A stretch of DNA of 64,000 nt from Octopus sinensis (Eukaryota), in assembly GCF_006345805.1 (NCBI RefSeq), contig NC_043002.1:57102001-57166000 (forward strand), in the 5' to 3' direction. The stretch's first letter is position 1. Each line of letters begins with the position of its first letter. The notes under the pieces were generated by a model. The model saw only the letters and a list, made by a program, of their open reading frames with translations. It was not told where the DNA came from and made no database searches. The position numbers and the translations under genes were made by a program. Shown here in pieces: positions 1 to 12,760 of the stretch.

Positions 1-1120
1 CTGTCGCTGTCTCTCTCTCTCTGTCTGTCGCGGTCTCTCTCTCTCGTCTGTCGCTGTCTCTCTCTCTCTGTCTGTCGCTGTCTCTCTCTCTCTGTCTGTC
101 GCTTGTCTCTCTCTCTCTGTCTGCGCTGTCTCTCTCTCTCTCTCTGTCTGTCGCTGTCTCTCTCTTCTGTCTGTCGCTGTGTCTCTCTCTCTCTTCTGTC
201 TGTCGCTGTCTCTCTCTCTCTGTCTGTCGCTGTCTCTCTCTCTCTGTCTGTCGCTGTTCTCTCTCTCTGTCTGTCGCTGTCTCTCTCTCTCTGTCTGTCG
301 CTGTCTCTCTCTCTCTGTCTGTCGCTGTCTCTCTCTCTCTGTCTGTCGCTGTCCTCTCTCTCTCTCTGTCTGTCGCTGTCTCTCTCTCTCTGTCTGTCGC
401 TGTCTCTCTCTCTCTGTCTGTCGCTGTCTCTCTCTCTCTGTCTGTCGCTGTCTCTCTCTCTCTGTCTGTCGCTGTCTCTCTCTCTCTGTCTGTCGCTGTC
501 TCTCTCTCTCTGTCTGTCGCTGTCCTCTCTCTCTCTCTGTCTGTCGCTGTCTCTCTCTCTCTGTCTGTCGCTGTCTCTCTCTCTCTGTCTGTCGCTGTCT
601 CTCTCTCTCTGTCTGTCGCTGTCTCTCTCTCTCTGTCTGTCGCTGTCTCTCTCTCTCTGTCTGTCGCTGTCTCTCTCTCTCTGTCTGTCGCTGTCTCTCT
701 CTCTCTGTCTGTCGCTGTCTCTCTCTCTCTCTCTCTGTCTGTCGCTCTCTCTCTCTCTCTGTCTGTCGTCTCTCTCTCTCTCTCTGTCTGTCGCTCTCTC
801 TCTCTCTCTCTGTCTGTCGCTCTCTCTCTCTCTCTCTCTGTCTGTCGCTTCTCTCTCTCTCTCTCTGTCTGTCGCTCTCTCTCTCTCTCTGTCTGTCGCT
901 CTCTCTCTCTCTCTGTCTGTCGCTCTCTCTCTCTCTCTGTCTGTCGCTCTCTCTCTCTCTCTGTCTGTCGCTGTCTCTCTCTCTCTGTCTGTCGCTCTCT
1001 CTCTCTCTCTGTCTGTCGCTCTCTCTCTCTCTCTGTCTGTCGCTCTGTGTCTGTCGCTCTCTGTCGCTCTCTCTCTCTCTCTCTCTGTCTGTCGCTCTCT
1101 CTCTCTCTCTCTGTCTGTCG

Positions 1121-1154
<34 letters not shown>

Positions 1155-1288
1155 CTCTCTCTCTCTCTCTGTCTGTCGCTCTCTCTCTCTCTCTCTCTGT
1201 CTGTCGCTCTCTCTCTCTGTCTGTCGCTCTCTCTCTCTCTGTCGCTGTCGTTCTCTCTCTCTCTGTCGCTGTCGTTCTCTCTCTCTCT
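1..1288. repeat. Compound pyrimidine-rich mini/microsatellite, unit about CTGTCTGTCGCTGT(CT)5 grading into CTGTCTGTCG(CT)n
   Basis: Directly visible tandem array of about 24-nt units; the overlapping SLSLCL ORFs are translation artefacts. Confidence 0.97.
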
Positions 1289-1341
1289 GATGCTGAACCC
1301 AGAACCATGTGGATGGGAAGTAACCTTCTTACTACACGGCC
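1289..1341 (-). mobile_element. 5' head fragment of tRNA-derived SINE (family 1)
   Basis: Reverse complement reads ggccgtgtagtaagaaggttacttcccatccacatggttctgggttcagc, matching the heads at 11008, 42117 and 43013. Confidence 0.7.
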
Positions 1342-1371
1342 TGTTAGCACATTATCTGGAAAAGTTTTTGT

Positions 1372-1598
1372 GCAGGCCACATCTGACCCTAAATGTTTTC
1401 ATTTTATGTTGGAACTGACCAGATGTGACCTCTCATACCTATAATTTTATTCTCAGAATAAACAATCCCATCATCAGAATCTCCAATCCCATCATCAGAA
1501 TCTCAACCTCTAAATTCAAAACAATTAATGCATGATTAATTCAAAACAATGTAAATAAGTTTTACATTTCGTGCAGTAATCTGAAAGCTAAAAACTTA
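1372..1598 (-). mobile_element. Degenerate copy of TTAA-ended MITE family A
   Basis: Contains gcatgattaattcaaaacaatgt..aataag..ttacattt....cagtaatctgaa.gctaaa, shared with 16600-16803, 31105-31261 and 40419-40640. Confidence 0.6.
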
Positions 1599-3764
1599 AA
1601 GCACATACTTTCGCACCCCACCCAACCTCACAGATGCTTTTTCTTTTTTTTCCTAATTTTTTTTTTTTGTGTGACATTTTTTGAAAGTAATGTCTTGTAT
1701 GACATCCAGTGCAGTAATGTTGGCTTAGACCCTGTTCATGTAGATAAACATGCTATAAACCTTATTAAATCACCATTTCTACTGTTCACTTGATCGACAT
1801 GTGTCAATATTTGGTTTATTTTAAACCTCTCTTAATTCATTTTATCTATTTGCAGTTCCTATCTTCACTGCAAGCTGTGACTCTAAGTGTTATCTATTTT
1901 CTATTGTATTTATTTGAGATGTTTTTATTTGGTGTGTGCATATCTAAATCGTTCTTTTTTCATAGTATCTATACTATAAAAGGAAACACTTAGTTGTCTA
2001 AATTCAACCTGTTTCCTAATAGTTTTCATAGTCTAAGTTCCAAAGAATTCTCTCTCCCTCTCTCTCCTGGTCTCTCTCACCATGTCTCTCTTGTAGTCTC
2101 CTACCTGTTAAGCAGGTTATTTGACAAATCTGAAAGAAACCTAATCCCAATAGCTTATTTTTCTGTCATGTTATGACCTAGATATTTGATTCAGAGCTGT
2201 TGATATTCAACCAGGCCCAGCGGGTTAAGGAATTAGCTATTGTGGTGGTGGCAGAAATGACTGAAGTGTTGGTAGGGAACTGCTATCCTTAAATATTTTT
2301 ATTTAAGCTTACAACAATTAAGACGTTGTCAAAAATGAATCTGTGTTTTGATAGTCTTCTCTCTTAGATTCGACACCCTGGGTATATTTTAAACTTTAGT
2401 CTTTATAATCATTTGAAAAATATATATGTATGTTCGTATATGTATTTGTGTATGTATGTGTGTATGTGTGTGTGTGTATATATATATAGTTGTGGAAGTT
2501 CTTTTAGTCAACACAAAACCTGTTGTATTTAGTTTTAATATTTTAATATATATTTCTCAATAGTATGGCCTGTTATGGCATGACTTGGTCATTGACACCA
2601 TTCCACTGTATCTAAGGTAACAACCATTCTATTTAATCTAAGATGCAGTTGAATTGTCAGTGTTGGGTTGCAGAAGTGCAAGACTTTTTGACGCTTCATA
2701 TTAAACTGCTAGGATCTTTTCTGTTTGGGTACCAGCGGCTGCCATTTTCTCTTTGCATTTTCTCTTTGAATTGATTTCATATTCAGTGTAATGATAACAC
2801 TTTTATAGGCTAATTAATGACGTGAAAGTACTTTTCGCTATAAATCAAAGTGTTATTAGCTTTTAAAGTTTGAAAATTTTGGTAATTTTAGCCAATTGTA
2901 AGCCACAGACACATTCATGTCTGTTTTGATAGTAACAACTCTTTTGCTTGTTGCCATAGTAAGTTTTTGAAAGGTCTGTGAGGAAGCATGTGCTGACAGC
3001 AGTCAACTGAGGAGGGGTCCTACCTGAGCAGGTTTTCAGAGGAGTGTGTCACGAGACCAGACAGGTTTTTCAGTATGCATATTTAAATTATTAAACATAT
3101 TTAAATTGTTTGTTTAATGTTTGTTTCTTTTTGTCATTGAGCATTGAGGTGGTTGTGAGGTGTGCTAAAAATAACTAAATAAAACTTTTTTGGATAAATC
3201 TATTAACGTTTATTTGCCAAAATCTCACTCAGAGATTTGAAACTGTTTTTCTCTTAAATTAACAAACATTTATTTAAATGAAAGAAAATTACCAGAGAAC
3301 TTTCATGCTAAAAATAACAGCTAAATAAGATTTATTTACATGAAAGAAAATTACCAGAGACATAACATGTTTACAAACATTAACACGTGCTATTTTCAGG
3401 TTGTTGACAAAATGTGCAGTCACACACAAAATGACCACTTCTAAATCCTGTTTCCTAACTGGATGAAAATGATGAAACTTTAAACCTCTATAACTTTTTA
3501 AAAACATTTTTCTGGAAAAAAATAACTCCAGCAATTCAGTATTATAGTGCCAAATTAAAAAATTTTTGGTAAACTTTAACTTTTGAAGCCACTGGCAACG
3601 AAACAGAAAAGATCCAAATGCTGTACTGCTAAGAAACAAGTGAATTATATCGGTTTCCGTGACCTTAACTAGTTAAAATGACTCTTCAGTTACAACACTG
3701 CTTTGGACCAAAGTCACTTAAGTGGTGTGTGTGTGTGTGTATGCATATATCATCACCATTTAAT

Positions 3765-4040
3765 GTCTGCTTTCTATTCTGGCATGGGTTGGATGGTTTG
3801 ACAAGAGCTGGCGAGGCAGAAGAATGCACCAGGCTTCAGTGTTGGTTTTGGTATGGTTTTTATGGCTGGATGCCCTTCCTAACGTCAACTACTCTGCAGA
3901 TATGAGTGAATCGTGGCTGTGTGGTTAAGAAGTTTGCTTATTATATGGTTTTGGGTTAGTGCATTCTACTACAGCCTTAGGTGAGTCAAAACTTTGTAAG
4001 TGGATTTGGTAGATGGAAACTGAAAGAAGCTTGTCATGTG
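3765..4040. mobile_element. Adjacent SINE fragments: family 3 tail (-) and family 1 head (+)
   Basis: ggcatgggttggatggtttgac...ggctggatgcccttcctaacgtcaac followed by ggctgtgtggttaagaagtttgc...gatggaaactgaaagaagc. Confidence 0.75.
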
Positions 4041-4244
4041 TGTTATATACATGGTGTGTCTGTATGTTTACACATATTAGCTGTAAGCAATGTTGTCACT
4101 TGTGAACAAATCATCCAGTTGCTTTGTCTTCAAAGGCCTGTGAAATAGGCCTTGTATTTGAAAATGGGTCAGTCAACAATAAGGGTACCTGACTGTAAAA
4201 CAATGCCTCAATATATCAGCTTGCAGCACCATCCACCTAAACTG

Positions 4245-4540
4245 TTAGATGTTAACATTTCGGAGTAATCGCTTCATCAGTCACAGACACAAAGCAGACA
4301 ACACTATGAGCTGGATTGAGATTACCTCTCTTATGCTGTTCCAGTCACCATACTTTAAATGGCAGCACTATACAACGACTCACCGTAAGTAAATGGAGGG
4401 GGAGCGCTAAGCAGTGATAAGTGAAATTGTAATGTTATGAGTCTGAACATGCTTGATACAGGTTCAAACTGGGGAACAAGCTACTCACTGAGTTTTTGTC
4501 ACAAAGAATATATCTTGCTTGTTGACAAATGGTGTGTATA
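4245..4540 (-). mobile_element. Degenerate Penelope-like 3' end with decayed hammerhead core
   Basis: Minus strand reads gtgaCTGATGAagcgattactccGAAAtgtt (4252-4285). Further 5' on the same strand a frame reads ...SSLFPSLN, like the PSLN ending of PLE GIY-YIG domains. Stems I and II are imperfect. Confidence 0.4.
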
Positions 4541-5746
4541 CAATTCATAATTTATGGTATATACATTTGCTCAGTTGACCAAAGAAGGGAATGAGAGAGA
4601 AAGGAGTGATATCAGGATTGGAATAGGTGGAAAAAGTATAATGGTAAAGAAGTACTGATGTTGGAAGAGAATGATGAGAATAGCAGGGGTAGTCAAAGGG
4701 TGAAAAGGATGGGATAAACAAAATAAAAAGTTTATTCTTAAACAAAAACATCATTTGGTTACATTGGAACTAAATCTTCATTCTGCTGTATAGCTAAGGC
4801 AATCAGGAATAGTGTTTTTATTTTAATCTGAGTAGATTAAAATAAAACGGGTGTGAAACATCAACTCTAGCATTTAATAAAAAAAAATTCTGGAAGCAAT
4901 GTCTTGGATATTTTAGCAATTTTATATGTAACCAGCTAACCCCAGTGTCAAGGGATATATTGCAAAAAGTCTCCTGTGGTCCACAATGCTAGATATCTTC
5001 TTTTAAAAGGTGACTCATTGATGAGTGCATTCTTTGCAATGTCACGTTTAGCAACATTATTACTGCTACTGTCAATGGACTCCTGTGTTTCATGTTGATA
5101 TTAAGCTCTCTCGTAAAAATTTGACTTTCAAAATTAGGCCTAGTTTGTAAAATGAACATCAAAGACACCTTCAATAAACAAACTGGAAACTGGTTTCCAT
5201 TGAAGGTTTTTAATTCTAATGTAAACAAGTTGTCTTTCATAATTTTGTTACACATGAGAGAAAATCCAAAGTCAACATTTACAGATGCAATAAATCAGTG
5301 TTATATCCTGGGGTCAAAGGATTTTAGGGCTTACAACAAACCTCCTCATCCAAGTGACCTAGCCTGGGTTGATGAAGCCAAGAACCATTCTCAAACAGCA
5401 TTCTGATCCCATCAATCCCCTTTTTCTGCCAGAACCATCTAAATGCTCTCGGCAGCTTCTATGTTCTTGATATCTCTTCTGTGAGGTCCTGAAATGTCCA
5501 GACTGCCATAACCCTTACCCAGAATACAACCTCCTTTGATTTATTTTTACCTGGCACCAATTTCTAGCTGTGTAGTAAACATTGCTGGCTTCCTTCAGTC
5601 ATAATATTACCAACATGAATTTGGAACAAGCTCAAAATTACAGAAACTAACAGTGGAAAATGCTATTTGGTAATAAAAAGTTTGAATTTTTATCTCTGCT
5701 ACTTTTATTCAAACACTGGACTTCAATTTTAAGAACTTCACATTGG

Positions 5747-5752
<6 letters not shown>

Positions 5753-5803
<51 letters not shown>
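5753..5803. repeat. (TC)n microsatellite
   Basis: Directly visible. Confidence 0.95.
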
Positions 5804-5806
<3 letters not shown>

Positions 5807-7408
5807 GCACGCACGCGGAAATAATACCTTTCTTGGAAACTGGATTGCTTTGAGTTCCACTGTTAATTTTACACTGTGTGGTGGCCATAAGTGGGAGCAG
5901 CAGTCTATATATAAGGAATTATGAATTTTTGGAGAGCTGTACATACCTGGCAAGTGATTTTGGTTTAAGACCATTGAAACTAAAGCTCTCAGTACATGGA
6001 GGACACAGGAATTCAGAAACACAAAATCTCAACTTTTATTTGGTGTTACAAAAATTTTGATACCAAATAATGTTGAAGTGAAGTTGTGTTTTTGAAGAGC
6101 TAATTCCATGCTGTAATTGTAAAACGGATTTGTCAAGAATCAAAGGTACAATATGGTTATTGGATGCATTGTATAGAGCTAGTTTGCCAGTTTGTAGCTG
6201 ATCAATGACCTCGTGTTGTGTGTTGTCCTCTGATCAATTAATACACAATAACACTAAATACTTCTAGAACAGTGGTTGCCAGAGCTAAAACCTGGTTTAT
6301 TTTTAAGGGCTGCACCAAAAGGGTGAAGTTAATTAATGAAAAATCTACCATATTTATGGAATGAAGACTGCTGAGGGCTGCTGGAAGGCTGCTTAGACTG
6401 CAATTGAGAACTACTGTGCTAGAATCCTCCAAGATGGGGTTTCCAAAATACACAATGCTGAGTGTGGTGATAGTATATAAGATCACTGCTTAACCCCAAG
6501 TATTTCTAATATGTAATAATTTTCTTTAAAAAGTCTATGAAAGGAAATTTTTTTGTAGAGTATTTGGTTCTTAATTCTCATAATACTAGTGTTACAGGTA
6601 ACTTAGTAAGTATAGTTTTATTACCATGGGTATTATCAGGAATAACAATTTCACTTATCAGATTTCTTGGGGGTTAATACAAAATGATAAAATGAATATT
6701 AATTTTGAGATAAAAATTATCTTAAAATAATATTAAAGTAAATTTCTCATTTGTATATATGCAATGAATATTTCTTTTTTTTCTCTAAATTTAATTTACA
6801 TAATTGCAACCTACTCCATTGAAAATTTATTTCTGTAAAATTTCATTAAAAAAATGTATATTTCTCAGAAAGTAATCATGCTCCTCCTCCTGCACCTATT
6901 ATGCTAATTTCTTCTGTATCTTTCTTTTACTCCCATTCTCTTTCTCTTTCTGATGTAAAGCTTGTCTGGGGAAATAATCAACCAACATTTTATTTCATCT
7001 GTTATAGGAAAAATTTGCCAAAACAGAAAAGAAAATCACTTGAGCATGACTGATGTTGATTTTGATGTTTTTGTATGTGCAATTAAGTGATATTTCTTAA
7101 TGGGTTTTCTTCTGCATCATTTAATATATAGGACACTTTATTTTATGCCAGCTTATATAATTTGTACATGCAGACATTTGTTGCTTATCACCTACCTTAG
7201 TTATTGCCAGAGTTACGAGATTTTTGTGAAGCGTATTCTTTCGGTTAGTCTGTACGTTTATATTAGTTGTATCACTGAAGAAAACAAAAACAATGAAGAA
7301 TCAGTTTTTATGCTTATAGAGAATTATAACTTTTAAGACATTTGAGATTCTTAGAAAATATTTGTGATTGACGAATTTAAAAATAGTGTGAAGTTTTTCT
7401 GACTGAAG

Positions 7409-8074
7409 GAGTTGAAGTAAATTGCTTGAAGCACCTTTGGAAGAATGGACAGTAAACTGCTTGACAGTAAACCTTTGGCAGCTGGAGGAGCAGACAAACT
7501 TCCTAAAGAACCTGCGGAAGTTGGAGGAACAGACAGTAAACTCCCTGAAGCGCCTGTGGAAGTACCTGCGGAAGTTGGAGGAGCAGACAGTAAACTCCCT
7601 GAAGCGCCTGTGGAAGTACCTGCGGAAGTTGGAGGAGCAGAAAGTAAACTCCCTGAAGCGCCTGTGGAAGTACCTGCGGAAGTTGGAGGAGCAGAAAGTA
7701 AACTCCTGAAGCGCCTGTGGAAGTACCTGCGGAAGTTGGAGGAGCAGAAAGTAAACTCCCTGAAGCGCCTGTGGAAGTACCTGCGGAAGTTGGAGGAGCA
7801 GAAAGTAAACTCCCTGAAGCGCCTGTGGAAGTACCTGCGGAAGTTGGAGGAGCAGAAAGTAAACTCCCTGAAGCGCCTGTGGAAGTACCTGCGGAAGTTG
7901 GAGGAACAGACAGTAAACTCCCTGAAGCGCCTGTGGAAGTACCTGCGGAAGTTGGAGGAGCAGAAAGTAAACTCCCTGAAGCGCCTGTGGAAGTACCTGC
8001 GGAAGTTGGAGGAGCCGACAGTAAATTTCCTGAAGTGCCCGTGGAAGTACCTGCGGAAGTTGGAGGAGCAGACA
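7409..8074 (+). CDS. Probable internal coding exon made of 18-aa acidic/proline repeats (PAEVGGAESKLPEAPVEV), likely part of the NHERF-like gene
   Basis: The 54-nt unit is codon-sized and stop-free in one frame. Variation is confined to GAC/GAA and GCA/ACA swaps until the last unit. A candidate donor ca|GTAAAT at 8075 is phase 1, matching the phase-1 acceptor at 35219. The frame is broken by a CCC>CC deletion at 7705 and apparently at A-runs near 7415 and 7444, possibly assembly errors. The acceptor (7387 or 7409) is uncertain. Confidence 0.55.
7511..8074 (+). repeat. 54-bp minisatellite, about 10.5 copies
   Basis: Units start at 7511, 7565, 7619, 7673, 7726 (the preceding unit is 53 bp), 7780, 7834, 7888, 7942, 7996 and 8050. 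Confidence 0.97.
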
Positions 8075-8797
8075 GTAAATTATTTTGTGTTTTTATATTC
8101 AATTGTATTTTCTAGGTTTATTCTCTTTTCATGATGTTAACATATTTTTTATAAAGTACATGTGTATATATGTATATAGATATATTGGTTCTTGGAAGAA
8201 ATTTGAGTACTGTATAATTTTTTTCTATTGTGTAAAGAAAAACAAAACTTACCAATTTTATCTTTTGGCCCTTTTAGATGAAAAAGAATAGTTGTCTAGG
8301 GCTTAAGACTATTCCATCCCTAAATTTGTGGCTTATTTTAAATAATTTCTCTTTACAAAGTGGATTTCAAGCAGGATCCAAATGATAGCAAATACAATTT
8401 AGAATTTTTTTTTTTTCAATTTCTTTTTTAAAAACAAAGCTTTATATTTTTGTAAATATCATTTACATATGTTCAGGTAAATCAGTAATATAAAATTGCA
8501 TATTGAACCTTTTTGTATACCACAACTAACCATTAAGTATAAATATTTGATAAATTTTGAAAATGTTTTACTTCAAACCAGATTCTGTATCGTAGAACAT
8601 TTCTGGCAAGTTGGTGTCAATATATAAAGTTGCTTAGTTCAGTCTTAAAATCACAACTCCCTTATGTTTTAATTAGTAACTCATTCCATTATGAATGGAA
8701 TTATCCATGTGTATGAATGATTCTACTGAAAATGGTGGTCTTTTTTCTAACTGTTCTAGGCAATCAACAGAAAAGAAATATATATATATTACTGATA

Positions 8798-9204
8798 GGC
8801 TTGGCTGTATGATTAGGAAGTTTGCTTCCCAACCACATGGTTTTAGGCTCAGTCCTACTATATGGCACCTTAGACAAGAGGTTTCTACTGTAGTCCTGGA
8901 CTGACCAAAGCCTTATCAGTGGGTTTGATAAACTGAAATAATCCCATTGGGTGTGCATGCATTTATGTTAGTGCGTCTCTTTCTCTTGATTTTGTCTGAT
9001 ATTTGTAACTGAATGTCACTGTTGTACAAGCAGTGTCCTTCATTTCCAATCTTCTGTGAAACCTGTCTAGCCATGAGGAAATAATACCTTCCTTGAAAAC
9101 AGGTGACGGTTGGCAACATGAAGGATATCTGATCATAGAAAATCTGCCTCAATAAATTCCATCTGATCTATGGAAGTGTGGAGAAGGGAATGTTAAAGTG
9201 ATTG
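8798..9204 (+). mobile_element. tRNA-derived SINE family 1 head with alternative (GAT)n-type tail
   Basis: ggcttggctgtatgattaggaagtttgcttcccaaccacatggtt head; tail ggttggcaaca.gaagga...catagaaaatctgcctc...gttaaagtgattg shared with 20884-21258 and 29459-29820. Confidence 0.8.
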
Positions 9205-9489
9205 TATATCATATCTGTCTATATTTATTTAATGGGCAATATATGGATTCATAGAATCCTGTGGTGATCACAAAGAAGCTCCTGTAGTGGCCCCAGCAAC
9301 CATACCACATAGTAATCCTTTGATCTGATGGTTAGCTCTTCAGATCAAAGATTATCCTGGTTACATCAAATTTGCAACTCAGTTGAAAAATAAAATTATT
9401 ACATGAAGAAGGCTATGAAATGGCAATCCTATGGATGTCAGTTGGGGAAATATGTTCATCTCTCATACATCTTGGCTTATGTTCTAAAC

Positions 9490-9790
9490 ACACACACAGA
9501 GTTCCAGGTTCAGTCCCATTGTGTAGCACCTTGGGCAAGTGTCTTCTACATCCTTGGGCTGGCCAAAGCATTGTGCATAGTTTTGATAGACAGAAGCTGA
9601 AAGAAGACCTGTGTTTGTCTGTCCCTCACCACTGCTTGGCAACCAGTGTTGGTGTGTTAATGTACTTGTAACATAATGGTTTAGCAAAAGAGACCAACAA
9701 AATTAGTGTCAGGCTTAAAAAAAAATTCTTCAAAGCGGCACTCCAGCAATTACCATTAGTTTAATCACTGAAATAAGTAAAAGATAAGAT
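9490..9790 (+). mobile_element. SINE family 1, 5'-eroded
   Basis: ggttcagtcccattgtgtagcaccttgggcaagtgtcttcta ... aaagcggcactccagca ... gaaataagtaaaagataagat. Confidence 0.8.
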
Positions 9791-10190
9791 ATATATATAT
9801 ATAAAATATGTGGTAGTTTTTGTGAAGCATTGTGAGGTGTAATTTGCACTTCTGAGTAACAAACTTTTTCCAATCACTGCTCTTCTGAATGTCCTGAAGA
9901 AGGGATCTTTACCCCAAAATATAGAAATACAAAATAAAACTGTAACTTTTTGTTTTCTTTTCAGTTTATAGTTTACTTTGTACCTTTCATTGTTCCAGCT
10001 TTATACAACTACATTCTTTTGGCCCATATAGGTGGCACAAAAAACACCCACTACACTGAGTGGTTGGCTTTAGGAGGGCATCCAGTTGTAGAAACATTGC
10101 CAGATCAGACTGGAGCCTGGTGCAGCCTCTGGCTTGCCAGTCCTCAGTCAAACTGTCTAACTCATGCCAGCATGGAAAGCAGATGTTAAA

Positions 10191-10236
<46 letters not shown>

Positions 10237-11007
10237 TTGATGTCAAGTTATAATAAAACAATTTCACATTAAACTGAAGAATTCCTCTACTTTTTCAGTG
10301 GAATACATTAAACTTTTACAGGAAGACAGGTGGCAGTTTGGAGGTTAGCAGGCTCTTGTAAAGTTTAATAAATATATCTCAGTGAGGGAGAGGATATTTC
10401 TTGCTAGGCTAAATGGTTATTAAATCTCTTCCTGGCTGTCCATTGCTATACAGATATGATTAATGGTATTCTGCGATTAAAGTGAGGCAAAAAGAGCCAG
10501 CTGTCACCTGCAACTAATTGTGGCTTGGTAACTTGTATTGTGGTTTTTGCTTGTTAGTTTAGGTGTCTAGACATTGTTTTGGATCTTCCATCCTTTTGAC
10601 CCAATTGTAACACCCAGGATATGACAACTAGAGAGATAAAGAGAGATAGTGATGCACTGTTATTGGTTGTTACTCAGTTGCAGCTAAGTTGACGGGAGTA
10701 ATGTGAAATGTCTTAAGGACACAGTGCACAGGCAGGTCCAGGAATTGAATCCATAATGTTATGATTATGAGCTGAACACCTGAATCACAAGGCCATGCAC
10801 CTTTATGAATTGAGGCATGTGAGTTTGAATCCCTTCAAAGACATGTCAAATAAAGGGACAACACAATAATTGCTGGGGAAACCTCAAAAATCAACTCGGC
10901 AGAGAAACTAAGAGAATTGAATAAGAACCTGCAGAAGTGTTGTGGGCTTTCAGAATATAATCAGTTCTCTCAACTTAGGAAACATTTAAGCCTAAAAACT
11001 GAATATA

Positions 11008-11375
11008 GGCACAGGCATAGCTGTGTGGTAAGAAGCTTGCTTCCTAACCATGTGGTTTTGGGTTCAGTCCTACTGTGTGGTACCTTGGAAAAGTGCCATC
11101 TACAGTTTTGGGCCAACTAAAACCTTGTGAATGGATTTGGTATTTGGAAATAGAAAGAAGTTCATTGTGTGTCTTTGTATGTTTGTGCTCCCTCACTATT
11201 TGACAACTGATGTTGATATGTTTACATCCCTGTAACTTACTGGTTGGGTAAAAGAGTCCAATAGAATAAGTACCAGATTTTAAAAAGAAAAAGTACTGGG
11301 GTTGATTCATTCAACTAAGAAATTCAAGGCAGTGCTCCAGCATGACCACAATCTAATGACAAACAAGTAAAAGAA
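11008..11375 (+). mobile_element. Full-length tRNA-derived SINE family 1 (CpG-decayed)
   Basis: A-box-like gctgtgtggtaag, B-box-like gggttcagtcc, shared body, and tail ending cagcatgaccacaatctaatgac.aaacaagtaaaaga. Confidence 0.88.
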
Positions 11376-12693
11376 AAAAAATTGAAATAAATTAAAGACT
11401 TGTAAAGTTTTTTACTAATCTCATGATTGTCAAGTTTAAATATCATTTTTTTAAAGATTTTAAATTGTTTGCAAATTTAGGTTTTTCTCTGCAATGTGTC
11501 TTAGTTTTCTAAATGAGTAAAACACATGTTTATATTGTGGCTGAAAATAATTAAAACCATTAAATTGTGATTTGTAAATGGTCTGTAGCTTTGAAGGAAG
11601 ATATTTGAATTGTTAAATTATCCATGCTCCAGGAAAGGCTTATTTGAATAAACTTGATGTTACCAAAACATTTACTACTTAAAACACTAACAAATATTTC
11701 CAGTTTACTTGGTTGCCTCTTGAAGAAATTAAAACTCCTTCAAGTATCTTGTAGTGTGGTTGCCTTGTAGATATTTTTTTTTTGCTGAATTTTCATCTTT
11801 TGCTCAAGTTTATTTTAATTTCTCTTTATATTATTTTTTTTAGTGTTATTTTAACCCATTTATTGCTTTACTTCTATTGAAATGCCTTTCTTTCAATTTT
11901 TTTCTGCTAATTGACTCAAGGCTTGAAATTTTGGGGAAGGTAGCTAGTTTGATTACATAAACCCAGTGTATCACTGGTACTTATATCATTGACCCCTGAT
12001 AGGATGAAATGCAGAGTCAGCCTCTGTAGAATTTGAACTCACTGGAAGAAATGCTGCTAAGCATTTTGTCTCTCTGTCTGCTTTATTGTTTATCTAGTGT
12101 TTGGACTATAAATTAACATGAAATTTTGATAGAAACATTTTATCTAGATCATATTAAAACAGGAAGTTTCGTTCATAAGGCCAGGGATTTGGTATCAGAA
12201 GGTTAAAGAGTTTTTTTTTTTTCTTTTTTATCCCTCCCAAGAGATAATTTTTAAAGTTTCTTTCTATTCTAAATACAGCTGCTTTTTCCCCTCCACTTTT
12301 TAAACTGCTTGTCTTAGACAGAAATCTATTCAAATACAGGAAGATGAAGTCCTACTTTTTTGTTACTGAATAACTATGACTCATTGTGAGATAGGCTAGT
12401 TGTTAGTTTTCTTAAAGTTGCATAACTTAAGTACAATTTTTGCTCCAAGGTATTTCAACATTTTTTTTCTTGCTGTATTAAATTCGTTTTTGTGATGTTC
12501 ATATGTGGCTGTGGGTCTAAAATGTCAAATCGGATACTGAAATATCAGCTACATTTCTACTCAGCTGTTCAAGTAAAATATTTCTATTTTCTATTTTAAT
12601 TTGTCTACTAGATTATTCAGTATCTTCTAGATGGTTATTAAACACTTGACATTGAAAGTTACCACAGTAATGTAGTCCGTAAGAATAATGTGC

Positions 12694-12696
<3 letters not shown>

Positions 12697-12758
<62 letters not shown>
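12697..12758. repeat. (CA)n microsatellite
   Basis: Directly visible. Confidence 0.95.

Positions 12759-12760
<2 letters not shown>

Noticed and set aside
103-1444. 395-aa and 421-aa ORFs (SLSLCL...)
   Set aside because: Translations of the CT-rich satellite; stop-free only because of composition.
2975-3072. GC-richer patch resembling an exon
   Set aside because: Stops in all three plus frames from the candidate acceptor.
5900-6490. Possible old LINE remnant (ESCTYLAS-like motif)
   Set aside because: Too degenerate to assign without a profile search.
7511-8074. CRISPR-like array
   Set aside because: Contiguous units without unique spacers, in a eukaryotic context.
7503-8102. Minus-strand 199-aa ORF and alternative plus frames (LKRLWKYLRKLEEQ) over the 54-bp array
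   Set aside because: Shadow frames of the tandem repeat; the PAEVGG frame fits the splice phase and the gene's acidic composition better.
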